In this document: positions 36,435-45,494 of the stretch, piece after piece | Numbering within the stretch: position 1 is the stretch's first letter | Layout: each line of letters opens with the position of its first letter | From: an uncultured virus (IMG/VR IMGVR_UViG_3300024999_000005) | Taxonomy: Duplodnaviria; Heunggongvirae; Uroviricota; Caudoviricetes | IMG/VR virus record: IMGVR_UViG_3300024999_000005 | DNA: 64,000 nucleotides | Strand: one strand, 5' to 3' | The notes under the pieces: generated by a model | Told to the model about the DNA's origin: nothing | The model's input: the letters and a program-made list of their open reading frames with translations, nothing else | Databases searched by the model: none | Translations under genes and position numbers: made by a program

Positions 36435-37841
36435 CTAACCTCCCTTGTAGTTGCGCCTTACAGTTTCTAAAATCCTATCTATATTAGTTTCCTTGACAAA
36501 AAATATAGGCTTATCTTGCTCGATCGCTTCTTCTTTCAGCCACCACATGGCTTGATGGCTAATAAAGCGGGTGAGCACAACAAATATATCTGCCTCAGTG
36601 GTCAGGGTCTGCAGTTTCGCGTCAACGCTGTCACCGTCATGCCAGATTGTCCGGCACTCACCGTCAACCGTTTCCCTTGGCCAGCCAACGACCAGGACTG
36701 TCTTTCCGCTCAAATCTATTGCAGGCTCCTGTGTCTCAGTTCTGGTTTCTTCTATTATAGTAGATGTGTCATTGATCATAACTTCTGCCGGAAGCAGCCC
36801 TGCAAGCCTCTCCATCTCAGCACGCAACTCCGCAACCAAACCTTTTAGAGATTTAATCTTTCTTACATCGCTCGGGTCCCGAATAACCTCTGTAGGTCTA
36901 TTTTGTAATGTAGCATTATCCTGCTTCAACTTTCCAATCTGCTCAGTCAATGCAGCACTCTCCTGTCGGACTTCCGACAATTGGCTACCAAGCACCATCG
37001 ATCGGTTACGCTGCTTGTCCAGCTCCTTGCCCAACTGACCGATCCGCTCGAACAGGACACCAGTTTCCCCTGATTTCTTTTTGATTACCTTGGAGATAGC
37101 CTTTGTGCGCCAGGGCTCCAACTCCTCCGGCAAGGGAACATGTAAGGCCAGATATGTAATCCGCTCCCTGCCATAGATTCTGATCCACTCTTCCATAGGC
37201 CATTGTGCAATTGGGGCCCAAACAAATTCCTCTTCTACTATATACGTGTTAGTCGAACGCCAAAACTCTAACTTTTGTTCATCAGTCCGGGTCCGCTTCT
37301 CGGCATCCTTGCGCCATGCAGCAACACTGATGGCACCATAGTTCAAAGGTGCCGGAAATCCAAGCTCTAGATAGGCAAATTCAAACTCTTTGTCGGTCAG
37401 GTCTTTGAGTAAACTTGACCACTTTTCAAGCGCAAACCTGCAGTAACCAGTCCAGAACTCTTCTGAATTTGCCTGGTAGTTGTCCTTCGCCTTTGCCAAA
37501 CCCCGGTTATATTCGGCCTCTTCCTCAAGTGAATATGTAACAGCATATGGCGTTTCAGTGCCTCCTATAACAGGCATATCTTCCGAACCTAATTTGGTCT
37601 TAACCACCTGCTCCATTTCCTTGCCAAGCATGTTGTACATAGTTGTAAATTCCGGCCACTCTTCGATCCCGCAATTTGGGCATCTGACTTTAACGATCTG
37701 ATACAAACTTTTATCCAGCTTCTCGTCTAGCTCCTCCCAGTCTGTTACTTCGCCGTAATCCTGCACTCTCACCGACACATTTATTTTACACCGCTTGCAA
37801 CGCCTCTCCAGGTGCGTAACTACATGGACTGTTTTGTTCAT
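36435..37841 (-). CDS. DUF2325-domain protein with N-terminal Zn ribbon and coiled coil
   Basis: CKRC..CPNC; C-terminal LSGKTVLVVG...HDG...ADIFVVLTRFISH...K..A...KP. Confidence 0.75.
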   Translation of the reverse strand: MNKTVHVVTHLERRCKRCKINVSVRVQDYGEVTDWEELDEKLDKSLYQIVKVRCPNCGIEEWPEFTTMYNMLGKEMEQVVKTKLGSEDMPVIGGTETPYAVTYSLEEEAEYNRGLAKAKDNYQANSEEFWTGYCRFALEKWSSLLKDLTDKEFEFAYLELGFPAPLNYGAISVAAWRKDAEKRTRTDEQKLEFWRSTNTYIVEEEFVWAPIAQWPMEEWIRIYGRERITYLALHVPLPEELEPWRTKAISKVIKKKSGETGVLFERIGQLGKELDKQRNRSMVLGSQLSEVRQESAALTEQIGKLKQDNATLQNRPTEVIRDPSDVRKIKSLKGLVAELRAEMERLAGLLPAEVMINDTSTIIEETRTETQEPAIDLSGKTVLVVGWPRETVDGECRTIWHDGDSVDAKLQTLTTEADIFVVLTRFISHQAMWWLKEEAIEQDKPIFFVKETNIDRILETVRRNYKGG

Positions 37842-37895
37842 ATGTTGCTCCTTCTTTTTTAATGGATTCCACCAGCAATATTATAACTAGCTGAG

Positions 37896-38189
37896 TCAGT
37901 CTGGAATAACTGTGGCCGCTACTAATTTATTTTGCCCACCAGCACTATGCCGGATCCTAAAGTACTCTCGACATTTAGAGCAGTAGGTAATTTTGTTCTT
38001 GGTGCGGTGGGTGGATGTAGGGTAATCCATCTCTCCGCCGCACTGAGGACACAAACCAGCAAGTTTGCGCTGTAGTCTAAGCATCTGCTGTCTCATCCTA
38101 TACCGACATTGGGTGCTATGGTAAACATGTCTTTTGCTTTTTGGAGCAAAGCTGATACCACAGCCGAGACAATTCCTCATCTCTTCCAT
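37896..38189 (-). CDS. Double Zn-finger protein
   Basis: CLGC..HSTQC..CPQC..CSKC. Confidence 0.65.
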   Translation of the reverse strand: MEEMRNCLGCGISFAPKSKRHVYHSTQCRYRMRQQMLRLQRKLAGLCPQCGGEMDYPTSTHRTKNKITYCSKCREYFRIRHSAGGQNKLVAATVIPD

Positions 38190-38277
38190 TCTTGCATCAC
38201 TCCCTAACCAGTTTCAATCTACCATGTTATTCTAAAAAGTTCAAGGCATATTTAATTTAAAAATAACCATGTTTAGT

Positions 38278-39216
38278 TTATTCCTGGTTATCGTCGTCTT
38301 TGTTGCTAAACAGCTTGTCTCCAGGGCCACATCTCCGATGCTCTTCCTGGATATCTTCGGTAAGCATATTCACGTAACGACGAGTCATGTCAAGAGTGGA
38401 ATGCCCCAGTATCTTTTGCAGGGCAAATACTTGTCCACTATTTCGCAAAAACATAAGCGCGAAGGAATGCCTAAAAATATGAGGCCTGACCGATACTTGT
38501 AGACCAGCCAGCTTACCATATTTTCTGAAGCTTGTCCTAATTGATGCAGTTGATATACTTTCCGCTCCTTTTGCAAAAAATATTTTGTTTGTATCGGTCA
38601 GGGTCTGAGCGATAATCCACTGCTTGAATAACTTTTTAGTGTTTTTGCCAAAAGGTACTTGGCGTTCTTTGTTGCCTTTGCCCACCACCTTTATCAAGGA
38701 TTTATTGAAGTCGATATCCTTGATACAAATACTTAATGACTCTGATATGCGCAGGCCAGTGTCGATAAGCAATTGAATAAGCATACTATTTCGTTGGCCG
38801 GCAAAGGTTTCCTGTGAAATAACTGATAGTATTGCCTGCACTTGCTCACCAGTATAGCTGTTGATTATGGCATGTCTGACCTTCAGTGCTTTTAACTTTC
38901 GGGCTGGGTTATCCGGTATCGTTTCAACGACTTCATGGAGATACCTAAATAAACCTCTGATTGACTTTATGGAGTTATTTATAGCTGAAATACTTAGCTT
39001 TCCTGGCTTGCCGTCCATTTTCGGACGGTTGCGCAGATAGAGCAGGTAGTCATATATGATTTGCTGGGTGATTTCTTCAATGGTTAGTATTCCAGCGTCG
39101 GTCAGAAACTTTTTGAACTGCCTAAGTGAAACGCGGTACCACTCCAAGCTGTTGACGGAGTACCCTTGTCCTCCAAGGTACGTCATTAGATCTTTCATAG
39201 CCTTTTCTATGTCCAT
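38278..39216 (-). CDS. Tyrosine recombinase (XerC/D-like)
   Basis: TGLRISE, GKGNKER, PHIFRHSFA, LGHSTLDMTRRY. Confidence 0.95.
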   Translation of the reverse strand: MDIEKAMKDLMTYLGGQGYSVNSLEWYRVSLRQFKKFLTDAGILTIEEITQQIIYDYLLYLRNRPKMDGKPGKLSISAINNSIKSIRGLFRYLHEVVETIPDNPARKLKALKVRHAIINSYTGEQVQAILSVISQETFAGQRNSMLIQLLIDTGLRISESLSICIKDIDFNKSLIKVVGKGNKERQVPFGKNTKKLFKQWIIAQTLTDTNKIFFAKGAESISTASIRTSFRKYGKLAGLQVSVRPHIFRHSFALMFLRNSGQVFALQKILGHSTLDMTRRYVNMLTEDIQEEHRRCGPGDKLFSNKDDDNQE

Positions 39217-39357
39217 ATCACCCCTCCTTGAATTTTGGAAGGGATCCCGATATACTATATTCGGAACCCCTAGCGGTTTCGGTAGTCGCTCAGCGATATG
39301 TCTGCCAGGACGGCCTGAGCGACTACGTAATAATTAATTTACCATGCCTCCTTTTAT

Positions 39358-39867
39358 CTATATCCATGATTTTGAATATTCCCTGTTCTTGAAAAGCGCA
39401 GCCAGACCGGTAATTTGCTTTAGCCTCAAAAGCTCATCTACATCCATACCGAGATGCTTAGCAATCCAGGAATCAGATTTGCCCATTTCAACAAGCTCGG
39501 CCACGATATTGCTCATCAAGTCAATGTTATGCGTACCCCTAGCGCGGTTGTGGCGTATTGTTGAAGCCATCCTATCACTGATTGGTTTATCGATCACAGA
39601 TACAGGCAAACAGCCATTCTCGCGATCATAAATATCCTTATGTTTCAACATAACGCTGTAGCGGTGAAACCCGTCAACAATCTCATATGTATCATCAGAC
39701 GGATTAAAGTAACAAACTATTGGCATTGTATAGCCATCTTCTTTAATTGAGTCATAAAGAAGTTTCATTTCGGGTGGAGCTACGGCATTAGGATTCCAAG
39801 CATTTGCCCTAATATTTTTAATTGGCACGGCAATAACATTGTAAACTGGGCTCTTAAACGCTTTCAT
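39358..39867 (-). CDS. ParB-like nuclease-domain protein (IbrB-like)
   Basis: ANAWNPNAVAPPEM.LL..SI..DGYTMPIV, IVDGFHR, STIRHNRARG. Confidence 0.9.
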   Translation of the reverse strand: MKAFKSPVYNVIAVPIKNIRANAWNPNAVAPPEMKLLYDSIKEDGYTMPIVCYFNPSDDTYEIVDGFHRYSVMLKHKDIYDRENGCLPVSVIDKPISDRMASTIRHNRARGTHNIDLMSNIVAELVEMGKSDSWIAKHLGMDVDELLRLKQITGLAALFKNREYSKSWI

Positions 39868-40267
39868 TTGAACCATACTCCTTTGCATACTCAGTAAAGC
39901 TACCTCTCTTCTTACTCTCCATAAAACCTTCATCAGCTATCATTTCCATTAAATATTTATTCTTCGTTGTCATAGTAACAACGCCTTTAATATCCTTAAT
40001 TGCACTGTTAAATAGCTGGCGAAAAACACCTTGTTGCCGGTACTTTTCAACGACATAGCAACTACCGATCTGATAATGTGCTTTTGTTTTCTCCCAAAGA
40101 TAACAAAACCCCACGACCTTTTTTAATTCAAGAGCAGTAATCCACACTTTTCCGTCATCGTCGTATATCTTGTAGCCAATTTCGCGCTCAACGTCACGAC
40201 GGGCCAGAAACGGCCCCAGTGTGGAGTAAAAGCTTTTGTCCTGGTTTGTTAGTCTAATTATCTTCAT
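39854..40267 (-). CDS. GNAT-family acetyltransferase
   Basis: VVGF...IGSCYVVEKYRQQGVFRQL acetyl-CoA motif. Confidence 0.75.
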   Translation of the reverse strand: MKIIRLTNQDKSFYSTLGPFLARRDVEREIGYKIYDDDGKVWITALELKKVVGFCYLWEKTKAHYQIGSCYVVEKYRQQGVFRQLFNSAIKDIKGVVTMTTKNKYLMEMIADEGFMESKKRGSFTEYAKEYGSNESV

Positions 40268-40279
40268 GGACGGTACCCC

Positions 40280-41575
40280 CTACAAATTTCGGTACTTTTC
40301 TATCAGCTGTCGTTGCCGCTCTGCCTGGTTCTTGATTTGGGCAAACGACAATCCTTTGCACAGGTGGTCATTTTTAAGGATGCACATGGCCATCCTACGC
40401 CAAGTAGGAGCATAGTGTTTGCTTTCAATATCGCCGTCAAGGCTATCTTCTATTTTCCTGTACCTAACGACACGTTTATCCTTATTCCCTCTGGTAGCTA
40501 TCTTATCCGTTACAACAGCGGAAGGGGGCAGTTTGCTAAAGCATTCACTTGGCAACCCACACCCGTTTCTATTCCAATATCTCATAAAACGGATAAACCG
40601 GCTAACATAGTTCTCCCTGGTTTCGGGTGGAAGTGATGCAAGTAAAAGCTTTGTGTAGCTTTTCCACGTATGCCCGGCCGGTAGCTGTACCTGACGATAC
40701 CCTAATGCCTTAGTACCACAATAAATATTACCAAAGTTTGCCCCGGATACACGATTAACTACCCTGGCCCATGTCTCGGGTTCGATAACCCGGAACAGAT
40801 TCAGCCCGATCCGTTGGTCATCACCATAGGGCTGGCAAATCCGCATATCGTGGATGCCGACACCGGCCTTGTAAAACAGATCATAGAGTTTGTTATATTC
40901 CCACCCGTTTTTACCATTGGCGGTCCAAATATCTTCAGTTCGCCAATCGTAAATTGGATAGCAATTGTAAAGATTCTCGTCTATCTTCGTTGTCCAGTTT
41001 ATGCCGCTATAAGTCTCTTTACTGTCGCTTACAATTGTTCTGAATCGGTTAAGGCTTTCATCGGAACGTATGCCTACCAGGCAAGCAGTCTTTTCTCCAC
41101 CAGAAAACCACTTGCCGAACTTCGGAACGAATTCTTCAAATTCCATTCTGTACTGATAGAACGGAAAGAATTCCTGATCTTTTATAACCGGATAGTCAGG
41201 AAATTGCCTAATCCATCTATCTTCTAGTCCTGGCTCCCAGCAACACCAGAACGGCTGATAGACTGACACAGCATTGCGCAGATTTAGCGGCAAGCATGCC
41301 CAGTATGGTTCTATCAAGTCAGCATTGTCCGTAAGCATGGTATGTATGTAATTTATGGTTTCTTGATACTGACCTTCCAGATCAACAACAAGAACCCCGA
41401 TTTTATTCGTTATCCCGTTTTTACGCATATAATCAAGGACAAGGTTCAAAACAACCCCGCTGTCCTTGCCGCCGGAAAAGGAAACATACACCTTTTCGAA
41501 CTCTTCGAAAATAGTTTTGACGCGTTCCAGTGCTGCTTCATACACGTTCTTTTTGAGATACTTTTTCTTACTCAC
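40280..41575 (-). CDS. PAPS-reductase/DUF3440 protein (IbrA-like)
   Basis: SFSGGKDS PP-loop, GIRSDESLNRF, PIYDW, MRICQPYGDDQR, ILKNDHLCKGLSF. Confidence 0.92.
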   Translation of the reverse strand: MSKKKYLKKNVYEAALERVKTIFEEFEKVYVSFSGGKDSGVVLNLVLDYMRKNGITNKIGVLVVDLEGQYQETINYIHTMLTDNADLIEPYWACLPLNLRNAVSVYQPFWCCWEPGLEDRWIRQFPDYPVIKDQEFFPFYQYRMEFEEFVPKFGKWFSGGEKTACLVGIRSDESLNRFRTIVSDSKETYSGINWTTKIDENLYNCYPIYDWRTEDIWTANGKNGWEYNKLYDLFYKAGVGIHDMRICQPYGDDQRIGLNLFRVIEPETWARVVNRVSGANFGNIYCGTKALGYRQVQLPAGHTWKSYTKLLLASLPPETRENYVSRFIRFMRYWNRNGCGLPSECFSKLPPSAVVTDKIATRGNKDKRVVRYRKIEDSLDGDIESKHYAPTWRRMAMCILKNDHLCKGLSFAQIKNQAERQRQLIEKYRNL

Positions 41576-43008
41576 AGCGACATAATCAACTCCTTTAGAC
41601 GGTCTTTTTTATATTTGACCTTTTCAACCTCCCTCCGGAAACTATTTACAGTATTGCCCTTTTGGGCTAAGTTTTCAGCGATTCTTTCGTCAATACTGTT
41701 CGAACAGCGAATATCAATATAGGTTACCTTATTGGTCTGGCCAATCCGGTGATTCCGATCTTCCGACTGCAGTCGTTCGCTGTATTTAAACGAGTTATTA
41801 TAGAAAATAGTATAATGTGCCTCATTTAAGGTTAGTCCATGCCCGCCGGTCTTGGCGGTACCAACAAAGAATCTATTTCCGGCATGAAATCTAGCTTCTT
41901 CGGCGTTACGTTGCTTTTCTGATAACCCACCATGATACAAACTAAACCCCTGGTCGGCAAAATTGGCCTGCAGCATATCGGCGATCTGTTGGATGTCATA
42001 TGTATATTTTGCCCAAATAATAAATCTTGTGTCACGCGGTACGCTATAGATCGTTTCGAGTAAGGTGCTCACCCGGTCATGCTCAAACCTCATTTTCTGA
42101 TAATGACCCCGACTAATCCTCCGATTCCAAAACCCGCAGACGATACCCTGCAGAGCAGTGAACAGTCTAAAGATCGGAATAGAATCGTCATCGTCCTCCA
42201 GGAGATCGGCAAGGATTTCCTCCTTTGCCCACTCATAATGCTGCCGCTGTTCGTAACTCATACTGAAATACCTAGTTTCGTAAAGTTTCGACGGAAGATC
42301 AAGGCATTCCTCCTTAGTAACCTGGTAAATGTAAGGTTTTATTTTCGCGGCCAGGTACTCAACATTGTGAGCACGAACAATCATGCCCGGATACTTTTCC
42401 GAATACTCCAGGTGATTCGCCGCGAAAGAGTAAAACGACTCGTAACCCAAAATCTTGGGAGATAAAAAACGCATTTGCGCAAATAGATCAACTACTCCCT
42501 GAGACAGCGGAGTACCGGTTAAGATGAGTCGGTACCGTGCGCGTTTGCATAATTCCGTAATCCGCAACGTCCGCATTGAGCGGTGACCCTTGATGTATGA
42601 CGATTCGTCCAAGATAACCATCGTACTCTCGGTAATAAGCTTATTTACAGTCAAGACCACGCGGGTACTGCTACTCATTGACTCAATCCCTACAACATAC
42701 CAAGGCACGCTTGGGACGTTGCTCTCATTTGTCCTGTCTCCAAATACGCAAATGTCACTGTCTATACAGTCAGTATGCTTGAGTATCTCCTGTCTGACCG
42801 TTTCCTTTAGGCTAACCGGGCAAAACCAGATTACCTTGTCAATTTTGGTTTTGCGTCGGTCAACCAGTTCAATTGACATGCGCGTTTTGCCAGTACCCAT
42901 GTCGCAGAATAGACCGCCAATACGAGACGGCAGCACTTTCTCAACAGCAGGTACTTGGTGCGGCAACAGTTCGGTTCTAAGATTCACACTTAACATAGAC
43001 CAGATCAA
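41572..43008 (-). CDS. SNF2-family helicase/ATPase
   Basis: DMGTGKT, LDES, LTGTP, GGHGLTL, QSEDRNHRIGQ. Confidence 0.93.
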   Translation of the reverse strand: MIWSMLSVNLRTELLPHQVPAVEKVLPSRIGGLFCDMGTGKTRMSIELVDRRKTKIDKVIWFCPVSLKETVRQEILKHTDCIDSDICVFGDRTNESNVPSVPWYVVGIESMSSSTRVVLTVNKLITESTMVILDESSYIKGHRSMRTLRITELCKRARYRLILTGTPLSQGVVDLFAQMRFLSPKILGYESFYSFAANHLEYSEKYPGMIVRAHNVEYLAAKIKPYIYQVTKEECLDLPSKLYETRYFSMSYEQRQHYEWAKEEILADLLEDDDDSIPIFRLFTALQGIVCGFWNRRISRGHYQKMRFEHDRVSTLLETIYSVPRDTRFIIWAKYTYDIQQIADMLQANFADQGFSLYHGGLSEKQRNAEEARFHAGNRFFVGTAKTGGHGLTLNEAHYTIFYNNSFKYSERLQSEDRNHRIGQTNKVTYIDIRCSNSIDERIAENLAQKGNTVNSFRREVEKVKYKKDRLKELIMSL

Positions 43009-43177
43009 GTTTGATACGAGGGTGATCTGGTCTAATTAAGCAAAAGCAGGTGACTCCTATTCTTCCGATGTTCTGACAACCGCTAAATTTACCGACGGTT
43101 TTGTATTTATCGCAGGTTTTAGCTAAATTGCACTCTTCGTGCGCGTCATAAAGTCCGCCGTCTTCTTTTATGAGCAT
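42977..43177 (-). CDS. Small Cys-rich protein
   Basis: GGAGGGG RBS; 66 aa. Confidence 0.45.
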   Translation of the reverse strand: MLIKEDGGLYDAHEECNLAKTCDKYKTVGKFSGCQNIGRIGVTCFCLIRPDHPRIKLDLVYVKCES

Positions 43178-43189
43178 GACTTACCCCTC

Positions 43190-44326
43190 CTAATCCCTAA
43201 ATTCATCTGCAATATTCATATCAATAGGAACCTCCAAGACGGGAGGCTTGCCGATGGCAACCACGCAATCTTTTTCCGCTGGCGGCGCGACAATTACGGT
43301 AAGTATGCTCTCCCATGCCTGCCGTGCTAAATCTATTGCCTTCTGCGCACCTGACGAGATCCTAAAGTCATACATTTGTGCGAAGTCCAGTACCTCGGCA
43401 AAATGCTCGGGGGGAACCACAACATCGGGTTTGTCATATCGACTACCGTTAATACCCTTTGCAGCACGGTAGAAGTCTTCTTTCTTGCTCCACCGTACCA
43501 CTAGGTGACCAGCATAACCGCCTGTAGTGCGGCACATAATCCAGCGGGTATGCTCTGGCTCATATGTGCCGTCGATGGCCTTCTGCCGTGTCTCATCGTC
43601 AAAGATTCTAACAGGGAACCCAGCAGCAAGCAGTCTGTGCCCTGCCTCAGATGCACGATCTGCCGGAGTGCCGTTGTGCTTCGCTATTTTTCTTCTCCAG
43701 CACAGCCCGGTCCAATCCATACTCAATTTTTCCTTTACAATTTCCCGAAAGTCGTCGCGCTTCTCGGGAAAATATATTTCCATGCTTTTTTCAAGTGCTC
43801 GGATTTCCGCTACAGTTTCGGTGACGGTGTTTTCAGGCCTGACAGTCGCCTCTATTTTAACAGCGTCGGTAAGCACCTGTGGCGGCTTATCCTTCTGCTG
43901 TTTGGCAGTGTTGAGCAGTAGAGTTTCAAGCATCCGCAATGACATATCACGGCGGTCAATCCACCAACTCGCTGACTCGATCTGTTGTAGGTGGTCAAGT
44001 CCGGTCATTAGATCAGCGCGTTGCTCATCGGTGATATTTCCATGCAGGAATCCTTCTGCCCGGAGCAATATCTCCTGGCGTATTCGCTCTGCCCAGGCCA
44101 CTTGTTTTTCAGTTCCATCGAGTGCTGGCAACTCCATTTCTTTCGCTGCCTCGATAGCTTCGGCGGTGGCCTTTTCACGCTGGCGTTCAAGTTCCGCATG
44201 GTAACAGGTGTGGCATAACTTGTTTGGTTCGACGTTCTCCAGTCGCCACTCCCGTAGTTTGTGCTTACCAATAAGGTTAACTGTTTCCTCATGCCCGCAA
44301 GCACGGGTAACGTTGTATTGGGCCAT
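43190..44326 (-). CDS. Zn-finger plus LxGxEKQxxWA protein with possible HARP-like C-terminal domains
   Basis: ACGH...CHTC; LDGTEKQVAWAERIR; GGAGGTG RBS. Confidence 0.75.
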   Translation of the reverse strand: MAQYNVTRACGHEETVNLIGKHKLREWRLENVEPNKLCHTCYHAELERQREKATAEAIEAAKEMELPALDGTEKQVAWAERIRQEILLRAEGFLHGNITDEQRADLMTGLDHLQQIESASWWIDRRDMSLRMLETLLLNTAKQQKDKPPQVLTDAVKIEATVRPENTVTETVAEIRALEKSMEIYFPEKRDDFREIVKEKLSMDWTGLCWRRKIAKHNGTPADRASEAGHRLLAAGFPVRIFDDETRQKAIDGTYEPEHTRWIMCRTTGGYAGHLVVRWSKKEDFYRAAKGINGSRYDKPDVVVPPEHFAEVLDFAQMYDFRISSGAQKAIDLARQAWESILTVIVAPPAEKDCVVAIGKPPVLEVPIDMNIADEFRD

Positions 44327-44353
44327 GCTTGACACCTCCAACGAACTCTAAGA

Positions 44354-45211
44354 TTAAATATCCCCAAACCTTAAGGTCTGCTTAAAATTAATCGGCAGTA
44401 CAAGGTAGTCATTGCCAGCTCCGCCGCCATTTGATTTGGCAACGCGACGGTATAGACTTCCTTCGGGCCAACTTCTAAACCCACGCGAACTATCAAAAGC
44501 ACCGCCCCAATTTATTTTGATGAGCATATGCGGGGCTTTATCGCGATCCATTTCCTCAAAGCAGTTAGTGCCTTTCTTGCTCTTAAAGAAACGACCAAAC
44601 TTAAACCCCATGTTGCCAGAAAAAGAGACATTAAGACTGCCTTGAAGTTCGGTATCGGCTGCATAATCAAATGCTTTTAACAACCTGTCCTCAGTGAAAA
44701 TTAGAGACAGATTGGGCCTGTACTTGCCGCCGTCGTTAACGAGATACTTTCCGTCATCAAGCTTGAAAGTATTCTTGCCTAAGTGGAGCCCTTTTGACTC
44801 CAAAAACAACGGTATGGACAGTTTTAAAATCTGCTCGTAAGCATCCTGAGCGTCCAAATCGACAGGAATGCCATAGCGGTTTAAGTGGCTTATGACGGTT
44901 TTTTTGGAGTAATAATGACCGAAAGAATTAGTAAAATAGTGGTGTACTTTACCTGTTCGATATCCTTCATACACCTTTTTGCGAAGCTCTTCAAAGGGTG
45001 CCAACTCAACGAACAATCCTTTTGAAACTTCACAAATTTTTTCATATACATCTGTATCATCCAAGTTGAACTCAAAACCGTAATTTTTGAGGATCTGTTC
45101 AACACTATCTCTCCCAAATCCTCTTTCTCTGAAGCATTCGTTGATGTAGTAGTGGACTTCTCCGGCTTCAAAACCAGCGAATACCCTGACACATAATTCA
45201 TCAAAATTCAT
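44354..45211 (-). CDS. Hypothetical protein with an internally duplicated N-terminal unit
   Basis: G.VH.Y...F......V...L..YG....LD..D.YE.I occurs twice. Confidence 0.7.
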   Translation of the reverse strand: MNFDELCVRVFAGFEAGEVHYYINECFRERGFGRDSVEQILKNYGFEFNLDDTDVYEKICEVSKGLFVELAPFEELRKKVYEGYRTGKVHHYFTNSFGHYYSKKTVISHLNRYGIPVDLDAQDAYEQILKLSIPLFLESKGLHLGKNTFKLDDGKYLVNDGGKYRPNLSLIFTEDRLLKAFDYAADTELQGSLNVSFSGNMGFKFGRFFKSKKGTNCFEEMDRDKAPHMLIKINWGGAFDSSRGFRSWPEGSLYRRVAKSNGGGAGNDYLVLPINFKQTLRFGDI

Positions 45212-45277
45212 AATTACCCCTCCCCTATTTTCAATCCCACCACCCCCGCCCGTATCTAAACGGGCAGAGATAGTAGA

Positions 45278-45463
45278 CTAAAGTTTCATAATGGCCTCAC
45301 GAATCCATAATATTGCCACATCCAGGTTGGTAAAAATAAGTGACTTTTCTCTACCAACTGGAAACTCAGCTTCAATTGCCACATAAAGAGCATTCAGCGC
45401 TTTTTTGGTTTCGGGAACTTTTGCCAATTGTTCTTCTGTGGGTTTAATATCTAGATTAATCAT
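45278..45463 (-). CDS. Acb2/Tad1-like helical-hairpin protein (candidate cyclic-nucleotide sponge)
   Basis: PTEEQ...L...I...FPVGREKSL.FTNLD.A..W...AI pattern; AAGGAGGTG RBS. Confidence 0.6.
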   Translation of the reverse strand: MINLDIKPTEEQLAKVPETKKALNALYVAIEAEFPVGREKSLIFTNLDVAILWIREAIMKL

Positions 45464-45494
45464 ATGTATCACCTCCTTAGCTTAATCTTGCGGA

